From: a virus
Direction: 5' to 3' (one strand)
Length of the DNA stretch: 64,000 nt
Virus record (IMG/VR): IMGVR_UViG_3300044712_000557
Span: 29,163-93,162 of that record
Below the pieces are notes generated by a model that was given only the letters and a program-made list of their open reading frames with translations, made no database searches and had not been told where the DNA came from. A program made the position numbers and the translations under genes. Below, one piece after another: positions 32,755 through 43,308 of this stretch (its first letter is position 1; the number at the start of each line of letters is the position of its first letter).

Positions 32755-35700
32755 TACTGATCACTCCTCTGGTCCGTATCTCCTACGCTTAGCTCGGTCC
32801 AGTTGCCGGTAGACTGGTGGCGAACGCGAACCATGTATGTCTCAAATCCATGGAAGCCTTCAGAGCTGGCGTAGGAAGTACGCAACTTGACGGCCAGCCT
32901 GCGGCCCTTCGTGTCCCTTGGCAAGATGACCGTGTAGACGTCTCTAACATCTGGGTCGACCACAACAGTTTCGGTGCAGTGGAGATGGCCGTTCTTATAG
33001 ATGTCCAGATACAAATTATGCAAGCTCTGGATCTCCAACTCTACCTGATTGATCCAGGCCAAGTCGCCACCGTTGGGTGGGATGATATTACCAAGGTCCA
33101 TCGAGTACACATGCTGAGGACGGGCATTGTAGGTAACCCCGAAGCCATGGAACGACAATGCGCTCATGGCCCCAAAGATCTCTACCTGCACCCTCATAAA
33201 TGGACCCAAGTCCAGGATGTCTGCCCTCCAGATGCCCTCTCGCATCATCGAGTACGAGAGTGTTTTGTTAGGAGCAGCAGGGAACTCGGTCGCATCGGTG
33301 TACAGATTAACGGTTCCTACGGACCCTCCAGTCTTACCGTGAATCTGAAGGTCGGCAGGATCCTTTCGAGTCAACGGAGAATCGCCTTCGATATACGGAG
33401 ATAGCATCTCAATGTAGATGTCGCTCCCACTATCAAGCTCTCCGTCCTCAATCTTGATCACGTTTCCTTCGTAGCTGCCGGCGATCAGGCCCCCATCGTA
33501 TTCGCGATGAAGCGACATGATGGTGTTTACCCCATACGTGAAGCGGCACCATTCGTCTCCGTAGAACTTCCACAGGGACGTAGATGCAGTTTCGAATACC
33601 GACTCCTTAGCGTACGGGGAACTGCAGTATAGGAATAGCTTGCTCCCAGGGGTAGCTGTCAGCGTCAGAATGCCAGAGCTGGTATCGATCGTGGCAACCA
33701 CGGAAGGGTGCGCTGAGGCAACCTGATAGTCTCCAGCAACTCCTCCCGTGCCATTGATAGCGTGCATCATGTTGGTCCACGAGATGTCAGCGTCGTTACC
33801 GATCAGCACTTCTCCGTTGGCATTCACCTCGTTTGTTACGAAGCGATACGTACGGCTGTCGATGATGACCTTGTCGCCATTTCTAGGGTTCGTCGTCTCA
33901 TAGCTGATCGTAGCGATAGGGTTGGAACCCTCAGGGGCCAGCATATAAAGGTTGTGGTCGTCCATCTCATAACGGAATCGACCGTTCTTGGTATCTAGCG
34001 CCGATACTCCATAGCGATCGTAACCCTTCCAGAGCATACTGGTTCCAGCGAACGGTACCGGCTCTCCGCTAGCTCCCGTGAATACCATGGGTCCGTCTGC
34101 GGCACGGTAGTACACGCTATTCCCGTCTACGGTCACAGAGCTGTCTACGGGCGGGTTAGCCACACTGAGAGGATCTGGGTAGAGATCGGCCAAGAGATTG
34201 TCTTCTAGCACGTCTCCACTGCCGGCAATGCGTACGATGTCCTTGCTCATGCCAACGAAGATGCCAGAGGACGTCTTGACGCACCACTTTGGCTCACCAT
34301 ACATGCGCAGATCGATCGTCTGATAGAGGCTAAAGCTGGACGGAGAACGCTGCGAGGATGGGTAAAGCCACCCCTCCTTCGTAAGGGCGAAGATCCTCTT
34401 GTTCCATGGCCCCGCCACAGAGATGATGTTGTCTGGAGGCCCTACGGACCCAGCTTCGTACACCTCATTCTCGATGAGCGCCTCAAGCTCGCTCTTGTAG
34501 ATCTTGGCCACCAGATCTGGCGTCTCATCCGACTCATTGGTCGTCTCTGAAAACGCATACGAAGACAGTCTTGCCCACTCGCCTGGGTCATCTAGAAGAT
34601 TTGGTTCTGAGATGTCATCGATCGTCATCCCGCCGCCAGGAGAAGCTGGTAGAATCGCCACGCGATAGTAGGTGTCTAGCCATCCGCCATATAGGTAGAC
34701 CCATACCTGATTGACCTGGGAGTCCTTCAGGTTCATCGTTGCGGCCGGGACAGTGAACTGCAGCGTCTGCTGCTGGAGTACGATCGACTTAGAGATCGGG
34801 GACATCGGGGACAGCTCTGTGTAGACCTCCGCGCCACCTCGATCCATGAACTTGCGAGCGAATCGGTATCCTACCTGGAATGACCCAGTCAGAGCCCTAT
34901 TGCCTCCACCGGTCCAGATGGCATCGTCAAGGTAGATCTTCTCTGTAGCGCCTGGGATGCATGTGTAGACCACCTTGAACCCACGAATAGTCTTCCAGTC
35001 ACGTCCAGGCGTTCCCCCAACACGATTGAACTGACCGCGAGTCACAGTTAGGTGGCCCCAGGCTGGAGATGCTGCCGAAGTATCGGCCCTCTCCCTGGAG
35101 CGCGATCCGGCGAACCTGCCAAGCGCACGTAGCACCTTCCCCGCGTCCGAAGGGCTCTTTACGCGCGTGATGTCCTGAGGCGTCAGCACCGATAGCAGCT
35201 TCGTATTCGAGATCCCATAGGCGGCAGCCGCATTTGACGCCGCATCCTTGATGTCTACCGTGCCGGTATTCCTAATGTTGAAGTCGAAGTAGTAGTAGTC
35301 GTCCAGGAATGGGTCAGCACCGGTCGACATACCAAACATGATGGTGACCTTGTCGACCTTGCGCGGCTCTTCTAGGTGGACTCGAATGTCGAAGAGGTCC
35401 GTCTGACCTCCGATATTCCCCAGGAAGTTGAGGAAGTCTTCATTAGTCGTCCACTTCTTCTGGACCGCAGCGCGGCCAGAGCCTGGGTCTGGAGTAAGCT
35501 CCATGGCACCATTAGGAACCGATCCATCGTAGTTGTCACGGTAGATGCCAGTCCCCTCTTTGACTTCTACGGCCGGACTCTCCGTGCTACTGAAGTCGCA
35601 GGCCGCAAAAGTGATGGCGTCAATAGCGCTGAGGATAGGAGCTGACGCTGGAGCCGCTATGCCCCAGTTATTGAGCGTCTCGCCGTCCCACTTCTTCTTG

Positions 35701-36038
35701 TCGGTTCCACGCGCCATGAAGCACTGATACGAATCGTCGGCAAACATCATGTCGCCAGTTCCGTCGAAGCCGACCATCTGACGTTCGCCGTTGATGTACA
35801 GGCTGTCGCCAGCGCCCGCGATCCTGTACATATTCCCCTGCAGTTCTGCCGTATAGAGGGAATGCACAGGACCATCGAGGCCAGAGTAGAGCGCAGAGCT
35901 TCCCCTGCGCATCCTACGAGCACCAATCTCGTCAGGGATGGTGTTGTCGGCCCTTAGGAGCACTCCATCAGGGCCGTTCACCTCGTCTGCGTCAGGTACC
36001 CACTTCCATGAAGAAGATCGCTTCCAGATGTTCGCCAT
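32754..36038 (-). CDS. tail nozzle / head-stabilisation protein (beta-propeller-like)
   Basis: 1094 aa, beta-rich, ADN..D..GARRMRRG start; position. Confidence 0.6.
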   Translation of the reverse strand: MANIWKRSSSWKWVPDADEVNGPDGVLLRADNTIPDEIGARRMRRGSSALYSGLDGPVHSLYTAELQGNMYRIAGAGDSLYINGERQMVGFDGTGDMMFADDSYQCFMARGTDKKKWDGETLNNWGIAAPASAPILSAIDAITFAACDFSSTESPAVEVKEGTGIYRDNYDGSVPNGAMELTPDPGSGRAAVQKKWTTNEDFLNFLGNIGGQTDLFDIRVHLEEPRKVDKVTIMFGMSTGADPFLDDYYYFDFNIRNTGTVDIKDAASNAAAAYGISNTKLLSVLTPQDITRVKSPSDAGKVLRALGRFAGSRSRERADTSAASPAWGHLTVTRGQFNRVGGTPGRDWKTIRGFKVVYTCIPGATEKIYLDDAIWTGGGNRALTGSFQVGYRFARKFMDRGGAEVYTELSPMSPISKSIVLQQQTLQFTVPAATMNLKDSQVNQVWVYLYGGWLDTYYRVAILPASPGGGMTIDDISEPNLLDDPGEWARLSSYAFSETTNESDETPDLVAKIYKSELEALIENEVYEAGSVGPPDNIISVAGPWNKRIFALTKEGWLYPSSQRSPSSFSLYQTIDLRMYGEPKWCVKTSSGIFVGMSKDIVRIAGSGDVLEDNLLADLYPDPLSVANPPVDSSVTVDGNSVYYRAADGPMVFTGASGEPVPFAGTSMLWKGYDRYGVSALDTKNGRFRYEMDDHNLYMLAPEGSNPIATISYETTNPRNGDKVIIDSRTYRFVTNEVNANGEVLIGNDADISWTNMMHAINGTGGVAGDYQVASAHPSVVATIDTSSGILTLTATPGSKLFLYCSSPYAKESVFETASTSLWKFYGDEWCRFTYGVNTIMSLHREYDGGLIAGSYEGNVIKIEDGELDSGSDIYIEMLSPYIEGDSPLTRKDPADLQIHGKTGGSVGTVNLYTDATEFPAAPNKTLSYSMMREGIWRADILDLGPFMRVQVEIFGAMSALSFHGFGVTYNARPQHVYSMDLGNIIPPNGGDLAWINQVELEIQSLHNLYLDIYKNGHLHCTETVVVDPDVRDVYTVILPRDTKGRRLAVKLRTSYASSEGFHGFETYMVRVRHQSTGNWTELSVGDTDQRSDQ

Positions 36039-36048
36039 CTAGGCCCCC

Positions 36049-39000
36049 TTATACGTTGGCGAGAGCTTCGACGGTCTGAGTCACTCCATCGTCAGAGACT
36101 GCTCGGTCGAAGATCGCGTTGCCGGCAGAGTCGTACCACGTCTGAGCAGACGCTGTCTGGTCGATCTTGTTCGCGAAGCGCTGGAAGACAAGCTGCAGCA
36201 TCTCTCCATACCCAGCCGTTGGTCCAGGAACTGACGCCAGCTCAGCGGCAGGAGACAGATTCCATGGACGAGCACCCGCGCCCAGAGCGTAGATGGTCGT
36301 GTTGTTTGGGATTGTGCTCCATGAGGAGTCTACCGTGGCCTCGCGCTGGCCTCCATTGTAAGAAACCACCACGCGGGCCTGCCCTGCCCCATCTCCATCC
36401 AGGGTCACTACGACGCATCCGTTGTAGTAGTTGTCCGTAGGAGACGCATTGGAGTCAAGCTTGATCTTCACCCCACTCGGAGAAGACTGAGTCTGGGCGT
36501 ATCCAACACGCAGCCACATGGACGAGAGCACGGCATTGATGTCGTTTCCGTTGCCGGTACTGGTAGCGATGATTCCGTCTCCGTCACCGTTGCCGATGGC
36601 CGTGATGGCGTCAGCATTCGTTGGACCCTGCGAAGCGTCGATGTCCAGCTCGCTTAGGCGCATAGCAGTACGAACCTGTATGTGCTGATCCCTGAAGGAT
36701 GCACCAGAAGCGTCATGGATTACTAGGTCCAGCATCTCGCACTGCATTTCTGCTGCGCTTAGCGTTAGCTTATACAAGTAGGTTGAAACCTGCGTCGGAG
36801 CGTTATCTGACGTGCTGTCATAAACTCCGTCCTTGTAGATCAAGCAGTCAGCCTGTACAGGGGCCGTACTCGTGTAGAACAAGTCAGACGACGAGCCAGA
36901 TGGAGCCCTCAGCGTGAAGGTAATGGTCTTGGCTACGCCATACTGGCCGTCGAATTGAAGTGTCTGCATGAGATCCTCTTCTAGAGATGCCGCTAGCGGC
37001 TCAGTTGCGGTAGTGAAAGTCTTGTCACTACCATAAAGGGTACCACCGCCATTTGCCGTATATACGGCCTTGGCCTTGAAGAAATACGTCCTCTTGAGAG
37101 CTAGCCCAGAGACTACAGCAGAGAATGGAGTAGTCCCGTCGTTCGCATAGTTGACAGGAGTAGTTTCATTGGACCACGGAGCAGAAGTCTCTGTGGTTAG
37201 GGTGAACGTGGCCTCATCTGTCGAGAACGTCAGTGTTGGGTTCGTGTTGGTCGGGACTACTAGAGTGACGTAGTTGTCGATTGCGCTGATAGCTGCCGTC
37301 ACGTATGGATGAGCTGCGGCTGCTACGTAGTTGATTCCCTCAACCCCACCATCCTTATTGATGGCGTACTTGAGATTCAACATCGTGGCATCAGCGTTCG
37401 TGCCAATCAGTACTTGATATCCACCACCAGGAAGATCGGTTCCTCCACTCATAACTGTCGTAGTCACGGCGGCGCTGGTGTCGGATAGGTCGATCGAGTT
37501 TCCGGCAGCTCCACTGCTTAGGGCAGTGATGCTAACGGTGTTTGGACCAGAGTTGTGGACCGCTGACACCCAACTGTTCGCCCCTCCACCCCATGGGAGG
37601 TAATCGTTGCCAACTCCTGGCGTTCCACCGCTATTGTTGATGGCCCTGGTTAGGTTCAGGAACGTAGCGTCGGCGTCGGCTCCAATGAGAACGTCTCCGG
37701 CCACCTCAACCTGATCTCCGCCGCTTGGGTCGGTAATCGTGAAGCTAGACTCGTCAGACGTGAAGTCAGCGTTTCCGTAATGCCCAGCAGCCAGGGTCGT
37801 GAATGTGATCCAATCACTGCCTGCGCTATGAGTCGCAGAGAAGAGAGGATGAGCAGCAGGACCAGCTCCGAAGTTGTAGGCAATGTAATCGTTACCCACC
37901 CCAGAGGTACCACCAGAGTTGTTGATGGCACGCGACAGATTCAACATCGTAGCGTCCGCATTTGCCCCGATAAGGACATCTCCCGCGTCCTCTACCTGCG
38001 ATCCTCCAGTTGGGCTAGTAGGAGTGATCGACGCATCAGTCGTGGATATGGTGATGTTGCCTACCGACCCCACTGATAGAACGGTTAGATTGATCTCGTC
38101 GGCCCCGGCATCCTGTGCTGCAGACACGAGCGGATGAGCCGCGTTGTTCCAGGAGATGTAGTCTCCACCCGCTCCCTCTGTCCCACCGCTCTTGTTTATA
38201 GCGTGAGCTAGATTGAGCATGGTTGCGTCTGCATTTCCAGCCCTCTTGACGTCTCCAGCCTGAGCCACTGTAGATACGAACGTATATACAGCATCTGGAT
38301 TGGGCCCGCCAACCGGGATCGTAACCGTCTTTGTGATGGCTGGGTTAGTTCCGTTGATGTAGGCCAACTTACCGCCGGATGCGGCCACTTCATTCTTGAA
38401 CTTGTAGATCCCAGGAACTCCGCCAGCGGTTGGCAACGTGACAATCTTGCCGTGGGTAGGCTGTGTTCCATTCACGTAGGCGATCTTGCCGCCAGTCGAT
38501 ACCACCTCATTGACAAAGGTGTACGTAGATCCCTCGATCACGATAGTGTCGAGCGGAGAAGGTTGTCCACTGTAGGCGAACTGGCCAGTAGCAGTACTGT
38601 TAGTCAGGAACGTGTACGTGATCGCACCAATCGTCAACACCTTGCCGTTGGTTACGTTCACACCATTGTTGTAGTCTACCCTGCGGTACGCTTGGCTATT
38701 CCACAGGAATGACACATCTACTCCACTAGGGAGAGAGTTGGCATCGATGGTTCCATTTAGGACAGCCGATACGTGCGATACGGAAGAAGCATCCTCAGAA
38801 GTAACTGTCGGCGTAGCAGCCAGCGTAGAAGCCGACACGGTAGAAGACGAGGCGTTCGCTGTCGGCAGATAACCATAGGTGATGCCTCCGTACGACACGT
38901 AGGTACCCTGCCCGGCCCAAAGGTTGTTCGATACCGTACGCGACACGTAGATATAGAACTGGTACGAAGTACCGTAGTCTAGGCCAGTGATCGTCTGCGA

Positions 39001-39510
39001 GATTGCCTGCCATCCAGATCCGCTATATGGCCCGTAGGTGCCATGTAGCGTCCAAGAGACATCGGTCGTCTTCTTGTAGTAGAGGTATGCGGTGCCGGTT
39101 GACTCAGTAGTGTTGGGCTTCCACTGCCCATAGAACGCCACCGAAGTTCCATCGACCACTGTGGCCTGCACGTTCTGGAATTCGACAGCCATGGCCACAG
39201 ACTTGAAAGCCTGCATGCTCGTAACTTCCCAGACTCCGTCGCGACGGATGGCTACCCTATGGGATAGAGAGATGTCGGAGGGGATTGCAATGTCGCAGTA
39301 GAAGGTACCGTTGTCGTTGATGGACACACCAACGGTACCCTCAGGTCCATTGCTATTGGTGTACGGGATACCACCCTGTAGCAACTGAACCTGCAGCTTG
39401 ATATACGTATCCGGGGTTTCACTATACCAAGCTCCATGGTATCGGCATACCTCATTGGTACCCGAGATGTATGGATCTGGCTGGCCCCTGCCGTCTCTCT
39501 GAATGCCCAT
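36049..39510 (-). CDS. virion surface/tail protein with Fn3 domains and nested repeats
   Basis: ITGLDYGTSYQF and VSGLALKRTYFFKA Fn3 motifs; four DVLIGANADATMLNL-type repeats. Confidence 0.7.
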   Translation of the reverse strand: MGIQRDGRGQPDPYISGTNEVCRYHGAWYSETPDTYIKLQVQLLQGGIPYTNSNGPEGTVGVSINDNGTFYCDIAIPSDISLSHRVAIRRDGVWEVTSMQAFKSVAMAVEFQNVQATVVDGTSVAFYGQWKPNTTESTGTAYLYYKKTTDVSWTLHGTYGPYSGSGWQAISQTITGLDYGTSYQFYIYVSRTVSNNLWAGQGTYVSYGGITYGYLPTANASSSTVSASTLAATPTVTSEDASSVSHVSAVLNGTIDANSLPSGVDVSFLWNSQAYRRVDYNNGVNVTNGKVLTIGAITYTFLTNSTATGQFAYSGQPSPLDTIVIEGSTYTFVNEVVSTGGKIAYVNGTQPTHGKIVTLPTAGGVPGIYKFKNEVAASGGKLAYINGTNPAITKTVTIPVGGPNPDAVYTFVSTVAQAGDVKRAGNADATMLNLAHAINKSGGTEGAGGDYISWNNAAHPLVSAAQDAGADEINLTVLSVGSVGNITISTTDASITPTSPTGGSQVEDAGDVLIGANADATMLNLSRAINNSGGTSGVGNDYIAYNFGAGPAAHPLFSATHSAGSDWITFTTLAAGHYGNADFTSDESSFTITDPSGGDQVEVAGDVLIGADADATFLNLTRAINNSGGTPGVGNDYLPWGGGANSWVSAVHNSGPNTVSITALSSGAAGNSIDLSDTSAAVTTTVMSGGTDLPGGGYQVLIGTNADATMLNLKYAINKDGGVEGINYVAAAAHPYVTAAISAIDNYVTLVVPTNTNPTLTFSTDEATFTLTTETSAPWSNETTPVNYANDGTTPFSAVVSGLALKRTYFFKAKAVYTANGGGTLYGSDKTFTTATEPLAASLEEDLMQTLQFDGQYGVAKTITFTLRAPSGSSSDLFYTSTAPVQADCLIYKDGVYDSTSDNAPTQVSTYLYKLTLSAAEMQCEMLDLVIHDASGASFRDQHIQVRTAMRLSELDIDASQGPTNADAITAIGNGDGDGIIATSTGNGNDINAVLSSMWLRVGYAQTQSSPSGVKIKLDSNASPTDNYYNGCVVVTLDGDGAGQARVVVSYNGGQREATVDSSWSTIPNNTTIYALGAGARPWNLSPAAELASVPGPTAGYGEMLQLVFQRFANKIDQTASAQTWYDSAGNAIFDRAVSDDGVTQTVEALANV

Positions 39511-39519
39511 TACTACTCC

Positions 39520-39933
39520 TTACGCAGGCGTTGCGGTACGGTGGTGGAACACTACTACCGAGAGGGTTCCCGAAGCTACTGTCACAGATACTCCTGTCAG
39601 GTTCGCAAGAACAACGGTCACCTCATTGGCTTGCGATACGTGAGCAGACAGGAGAAGGGCACCTGTCCCAATCGAAGTCAGGTCGGCCATCACCTTGTCT
39701 CCCAAGGCCGCCCCAGGGGCAGCAATGGTCGTAGAGGCAACGCTACCAGAGGCAATCGTTCCAGGAGCCCAAGTGGCCGCAGGGGCCTCTCCTGCGGGGC
39801 CTGCGATAGAGAAACTGGAGATGGAGATCTGGTGGCCGTTGAGTACCCCCCCGCTGGGGTGCGTCTTCGTGGTCGCGTTGACCCCATATTCCAGATCTTC
39901 GGCCATAGCCGTCTCGATGATTACTGCCATCAC
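39520..39933 (-). CDS. small structural protein
   Basis: GAALGD.V..LSAHVS.AN.VTVVL.N motif typical of fibre/decoration proteins. Confidence 0.6.
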   Translation of the reverse strand: MMAVIIETAMAEDLEYGVNATTKTHPSGGVLNGHQISISSFSIAGPAGEAPAATWAPGTIASGSVASTTIAAPGAALGDKVMADLTSIGTGALLLSAHVSQANEVTVVLANLTGVSVTVASGTLSVVVFHHRTATPA

Positions 39934-40973
39934 TACCCCCTAAAAGGCCTGGAGTACCCGTAGTCAGCCGGGAAATGCTGCAGGTACCCATCTAGCTGCG
40001 TAGAGCGCTTCGACCCCATGGCGATCGTTCTCGCCCTCATCGTAGATCTCACGCGATTCTTAATTAGCTCCACCCCAGAGAAGAACCTCATCTGGAAGTG
40101 GTCTGCTAGCTTTTTGTTCTCGCCCTGCCCAGGCGTTGAATAGGCTCTATACATCGCCCACCACTCAACGTACTTCACGGCACGATCTGGAAGTTCAAAT
40201 GGATGCGTGTCTAGATCTCGTCCCAGCCTAAACAACTCAACGCGGGTTGCATTTTCGTCTGGTACGATCCTGCGAATGAACCCATATTGGTTGCCACTGA
40301 AGTGACGCGGAACCACACGCGCGAAACCATACGATCCAATGACGGGCTCATCCTCCATGTCGTAAGAGGTAAGCTGACGTATGCCTCCGACGGTTCCATA
40401 GATCTCCTCGCTAGGCACAATGGCCGCCGGCACATTGACTAGGCGAATGTTCTGCCATCCGTCCTGGTCCATCTGATACGAGAAGGTTCCTCCCGGAAGC
40501 GTCTGGTAATGGGAGCGAGTCTGACGATGGTACTTCTCGCTTTCAGGCTCTAGCCTTAGCCAGTTGTGCGTAACCCTGTCCACTGCCACGTAGCCATCTG
40601 GCAAGCGGCCCAAAGTGCGCGGTGTAGCCGTGTAGCCATCAGCGCTGCTGTTCATGTACTCCGCATCGGTTGGGCGAGTGTGATTGGCGACGATGGCCGT
40701 ACCGTCTACGAACTCTGCCTCAGAGTCGCGAGTTATCGTGAATCGAGATAGGATCGGCGTATCCATGAAGTCGCGTTCGAAAGGCTTGGTATAGTTGCCA
40801 GTCAGCGGACGCGGATCGTACATCTCCATGTCAAAGAGACACTGCGCCTCTCGACACAGGCGATCGTAGCCGTCCTGCAGGAAGTGGCCTAGTTGCTCGC
40901 GGCTCCAGACCTCTTCGTCTTCGTCGTCTAGTCGCCTTTGTAGGCGTGCGACAGCCTCTACCTTGGTGATCAT
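39933..40973 (-). CDS. head-tail adaptor-like protein
   Basis: RRLDDED..WS..L..FLQDG start; helical C-terminus. Confidence 0.6.
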   Translation of the reverse strand: MITKVEAVARLQRRLDDEDEEVWSREQLGHFLQDGYDRLCREAQCLFDMEMYDPRPLTGNYTKPFERDFMDTPILSRFTITRDSEAEFVDGTAIVANHTRPTDAEYMNSSADGYTATPRTLGRLPDGYVAVDRVTHNWLRLEPESEKYHRQTRSHYQTLPGGTFSYQMDQDGWQNIRLVNVPAAIVPSEEIYGTVGGIRQLTSYDMEDEPVIGSYGFARVVPRHFSGNQYGFIRRIVPDENATRVELFRLGRDLDTHPFELPDRAVKYVEWWAMYRAYSTPGQGENKKLADHFQMRFFSGVELIKNRVRSTMRARTIAMGSKRSTQLDGYLQHFPADYGYSRPFRG

Positions 40974-40974
40974 C

Positions 40975-41637
40975 CTAGCGCCTCAGTCCCATCTTGGGAG
41001 TCCTATCCCTACGCATCCTGTTCTCACCAACGTCCTTCAGTAGCGGCACCTGGGCCTGAAAGCGCTTGTAGTACTCCAGGCTCTTGTCGATCTCTTTACG
41101 CTCACCTAGGAGTTCGTACATCATGTAGTTCTCGATGGCTTCATGGAAGTCGGACGGAAGATCTGGAGAAGACGAGAGCCCCGTCACTAATCCGCCATGA
41201 GCAGCTACGTGAGGCATGAGGGCAGAGAAGTAGACCTTCAGTGGGCTGCAATCGTCGCCGGCCACCGGATAGGCCCCGAGATACCAAAGGCCACGCATGA
41301 ACCACCAGCGAGTCTGGTCGCTACGAGTCTCCCAGTGACGACCAACGGTGTCGTCTAGCTCTCTAACGGTGATGGGATCGAGCCACTTCTGAGAGTTTGG
41401 ATTCCATACTGAGGTGATCCTAAGCGCCGATGGCGGGAGAGCCCCGCGAAGATCGGTGTAGACTGCCCACTTGCGCCGCTTGACGTAAACGTTGTTCTCA
41501 TAGATCTCAGTGGCTTCACTGATCTCATCGAGAGCATCGTTGTACGCGCGCACGTAATCGTCAACCGTGAAGAACTTCTCGTCGGGGTCTTCAAGGTTGA
41601 TCTTGACGCGAGCGATCGTCTGAGCGGCTGTGGACAT
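40975..41637 (-). CDS. head-tail adaptor-like protein
   Basis: RVKINLED..YNDA..YP.P..PDLPSDFHEAIENY. Confidence 0.65.
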   Translation of the reverse strand: MSTAAQTIARVKINLEDPDEKFFTVDDYVRAYNDALDEISEATEIYENNVYVKRRKWAVYTDLRGALPPSALRITSVWNPNSQKWLDPITVRELDDTVGRHWETRSDQTRWWFMRGLWYLGAYPVAGDDCSPLKVYFSALMPHVAAHGGLVTGLSSSPDLPSDFHEAIENYMMYELLGERKEIDKSLEYYKRFQAQVPLLKDVGENRMRRDRTPKMGLRR

Positions 41638-41978
41638 TACTGGCCGCCCGCGAGAGCCCTATTCCTTGCCGCAAGCTGCTCAGGGGTCGGCTGAGCAGCC
41701 CGAGGAGCGCCCTGGGCTAGCGACTGAGTCGACGGTAGGAACCATCGCTTGATCATGTCAAGAATGCCGCCACTCTGGGCTGGGGCCGGGGCTGGAACAG
41801 GAGTGGGAACCGGAGTAGGAGATGGAACAGGCATTGGAGCCATCTGGCCTTGGGATGCCAGCTCCCTCAACGCAGCCTGCGTCTCCGGTGAAAGCCCAGA
41901 TAGCGTGCTATCAGAAACACCAGGAACACCCTGAGGCCTTGCGGCCTGCCCAAGCAGCATATTCGTTAGTCCACCCAT
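41637..41978 (-). CDS. Pro-rich hypothetical protein
   Basis: AGGAG RBS; coupled stop/start. Confidence 0.5.
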   Translation of the reverse strand: MGGLTNMLLGQAARPQGVPGVSDSTLSGLSPETQAALRELASQGQMAPMPVPSPTPVPTPVPAPAPAQSGGILDMIKRWFLPSTQSLAQGAPRAAQPTPEQLAARNRALAGGQ

Positions 41979-42062
41979 TACTTCTTCTCCTTTTTGGGCA
42001 TCGCCTTAACCACGATCGTGGCGGCAGCCGCCTTCTCTGCTCTATCGCGCTCTCTGCGCGCC

Positions 42063-42611
42063 TTACTTCTTGGCACGTACGCTTCTCCCCTGGCGGCTCA
42101 TCCTATCAAAGGCGTCAGCCAGCTTGCTTAACTCTCCGTTTGGCATCTTGTTCTCTACGGCCTCGACACGCTCAGACAATGACTTCTGGCCATTGATCAA
42201 CCCAGCGTGAGCTAACTCGTTACCCATCTTCATGTCCGAGAAGAGCTTTACCAGCTCGTCAATTTTGGCCCAGGTCGTTGTCTCTTCTTTGTGGACATGA
42301 TCCGCCAGAGATACTTCTACTCGCGTGATTGCGGCGTGAATCTCTGACGTCTCCTTGGCCCCCACAGCAACATGCGTGTCGTACCTTTTTAGCTCACTCT
42401 CTATCGTAGAGAGCCTCGCATCCTGGCTGGCGTTTTCCTTGTCAACCTGAGAGAACTTCTCGTTGATGCGCTTCTCCATGAGCCCTAGGAGAACCTTAAT
42501 GACCGCCACGAGGGTGGCGAACATTGCAGCTCCGATGGCCGCCATCACATATGGATGGCCAGCCATGTCGGTGGCAAGATCAGCAGCTATGACTGGTTGT
42601 AGCAGAAGCAT
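42063..42611 (-). CDS. membrane-anchored coiled-coil protein
   Basis: TM helix followed by heptads; lysis region. Confidence 0.6.
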   Translation of the reverse strand: MLLLQPVIAADLATDMAGHPYVMAAIGAAMFATLVAVIKVLLGLMEKRINEKFSQVDKENASQDARLSTIESELKRYDTHVAVGAKETSEIHAAITRVEVSLADHVHKEETTTWAKIDELVKLFSDMKMGNELAHAGLINGQKSLSERVEAVENKMPNGELSKLADAFDRMSRQGRSVRAKK

Positions 42612-42823
42612 TAGCGGGCCTCACTCTGCTGCTTTTCCACCGCATGCTTCATCTCGATATCCTTCAAGCGCTGGTCGAGCGCACGGATATCGGACTCTTG
42701 CCTAGCATTGATGTCCAGCACTACAAGCTGCCGAGCGCCCAAAAAGGCAACTGCGGCCGACAGGAATGCGATGAAGAACCAGATGACTGCGTCAGATGAG
42801 ACTTTTCTATCATTGCCGTTCAT
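42611..42823 (-). CDS. small membrane protein
   Basis: One TM helix; GGAGG RBS. Confidence 0.6.
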   Translation of the reverse strand: MNGNDRKVSSDAVIWFFIAFLSAAVAFLGARQLVVLDINARQESDIRALDQRLKDIEMKHAVEKQQSEAR

Positions 42824-42846
42824 GTCGGCCTCCAGAACTAAGGGTA

Positions 42847-43308
42847 CTATGGCTTAATCTGCTTGGCCGGATCTACTAGGACACTATCCTTCGGCAAGGA
42901 TAGGCGACCCATCTCGGCCTTTAGGTAGCCCTCGGTGGAGAGCAGCCCAGACATCGAAGACCCCGCCATGCGCTGCTGCTGAGCCTTGATGAGCTTGCCA
43001 ACCAATCCCAAAATGGCAACAGCACCAAGGACAGCCTTGGTCATAGCCTCGCCGGTCCACTCCCCCGGAGGAAGCCAGCCGATGGTGGTAAGCACGGACG
43101 CCAGAAACTGACCGGTGTGCCCATTGTGATAGGCATCGTAAACGCCACACGAGAAGATACCAAGGACGGCGATAACAAGCTTCCAGCCATCCAGAGCCCT
43201 CAAAACCTTACCCATACCACTCTCACTTTTCTTGCCCCGGAGATCTTCTACTTTGCCACGCAGCCATCGGAGCGCTAGCGCGCGGACAACCTTATCCTTG
43301 AGCCCCAT
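42847..43308 (-). CDS. putative holin
   Basis: 2-3 hydrophobic segments near the endolysin. Confidence 0.5.
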   Translation of the reverse strand: MGLKDKVVRALALRWLRGKVEDLRGKKSESGMGKVLRALDGWKLVIAVLGIFSCGVYDAYHNGHTGQFLASVLTTIGWLPPGEWTGEAMTKAVLGAVAILGLVGKLIKAQQQRMAGSSMSGLLSTEGYLKAEMGRLSLPKDSVLVDPAKQIKP

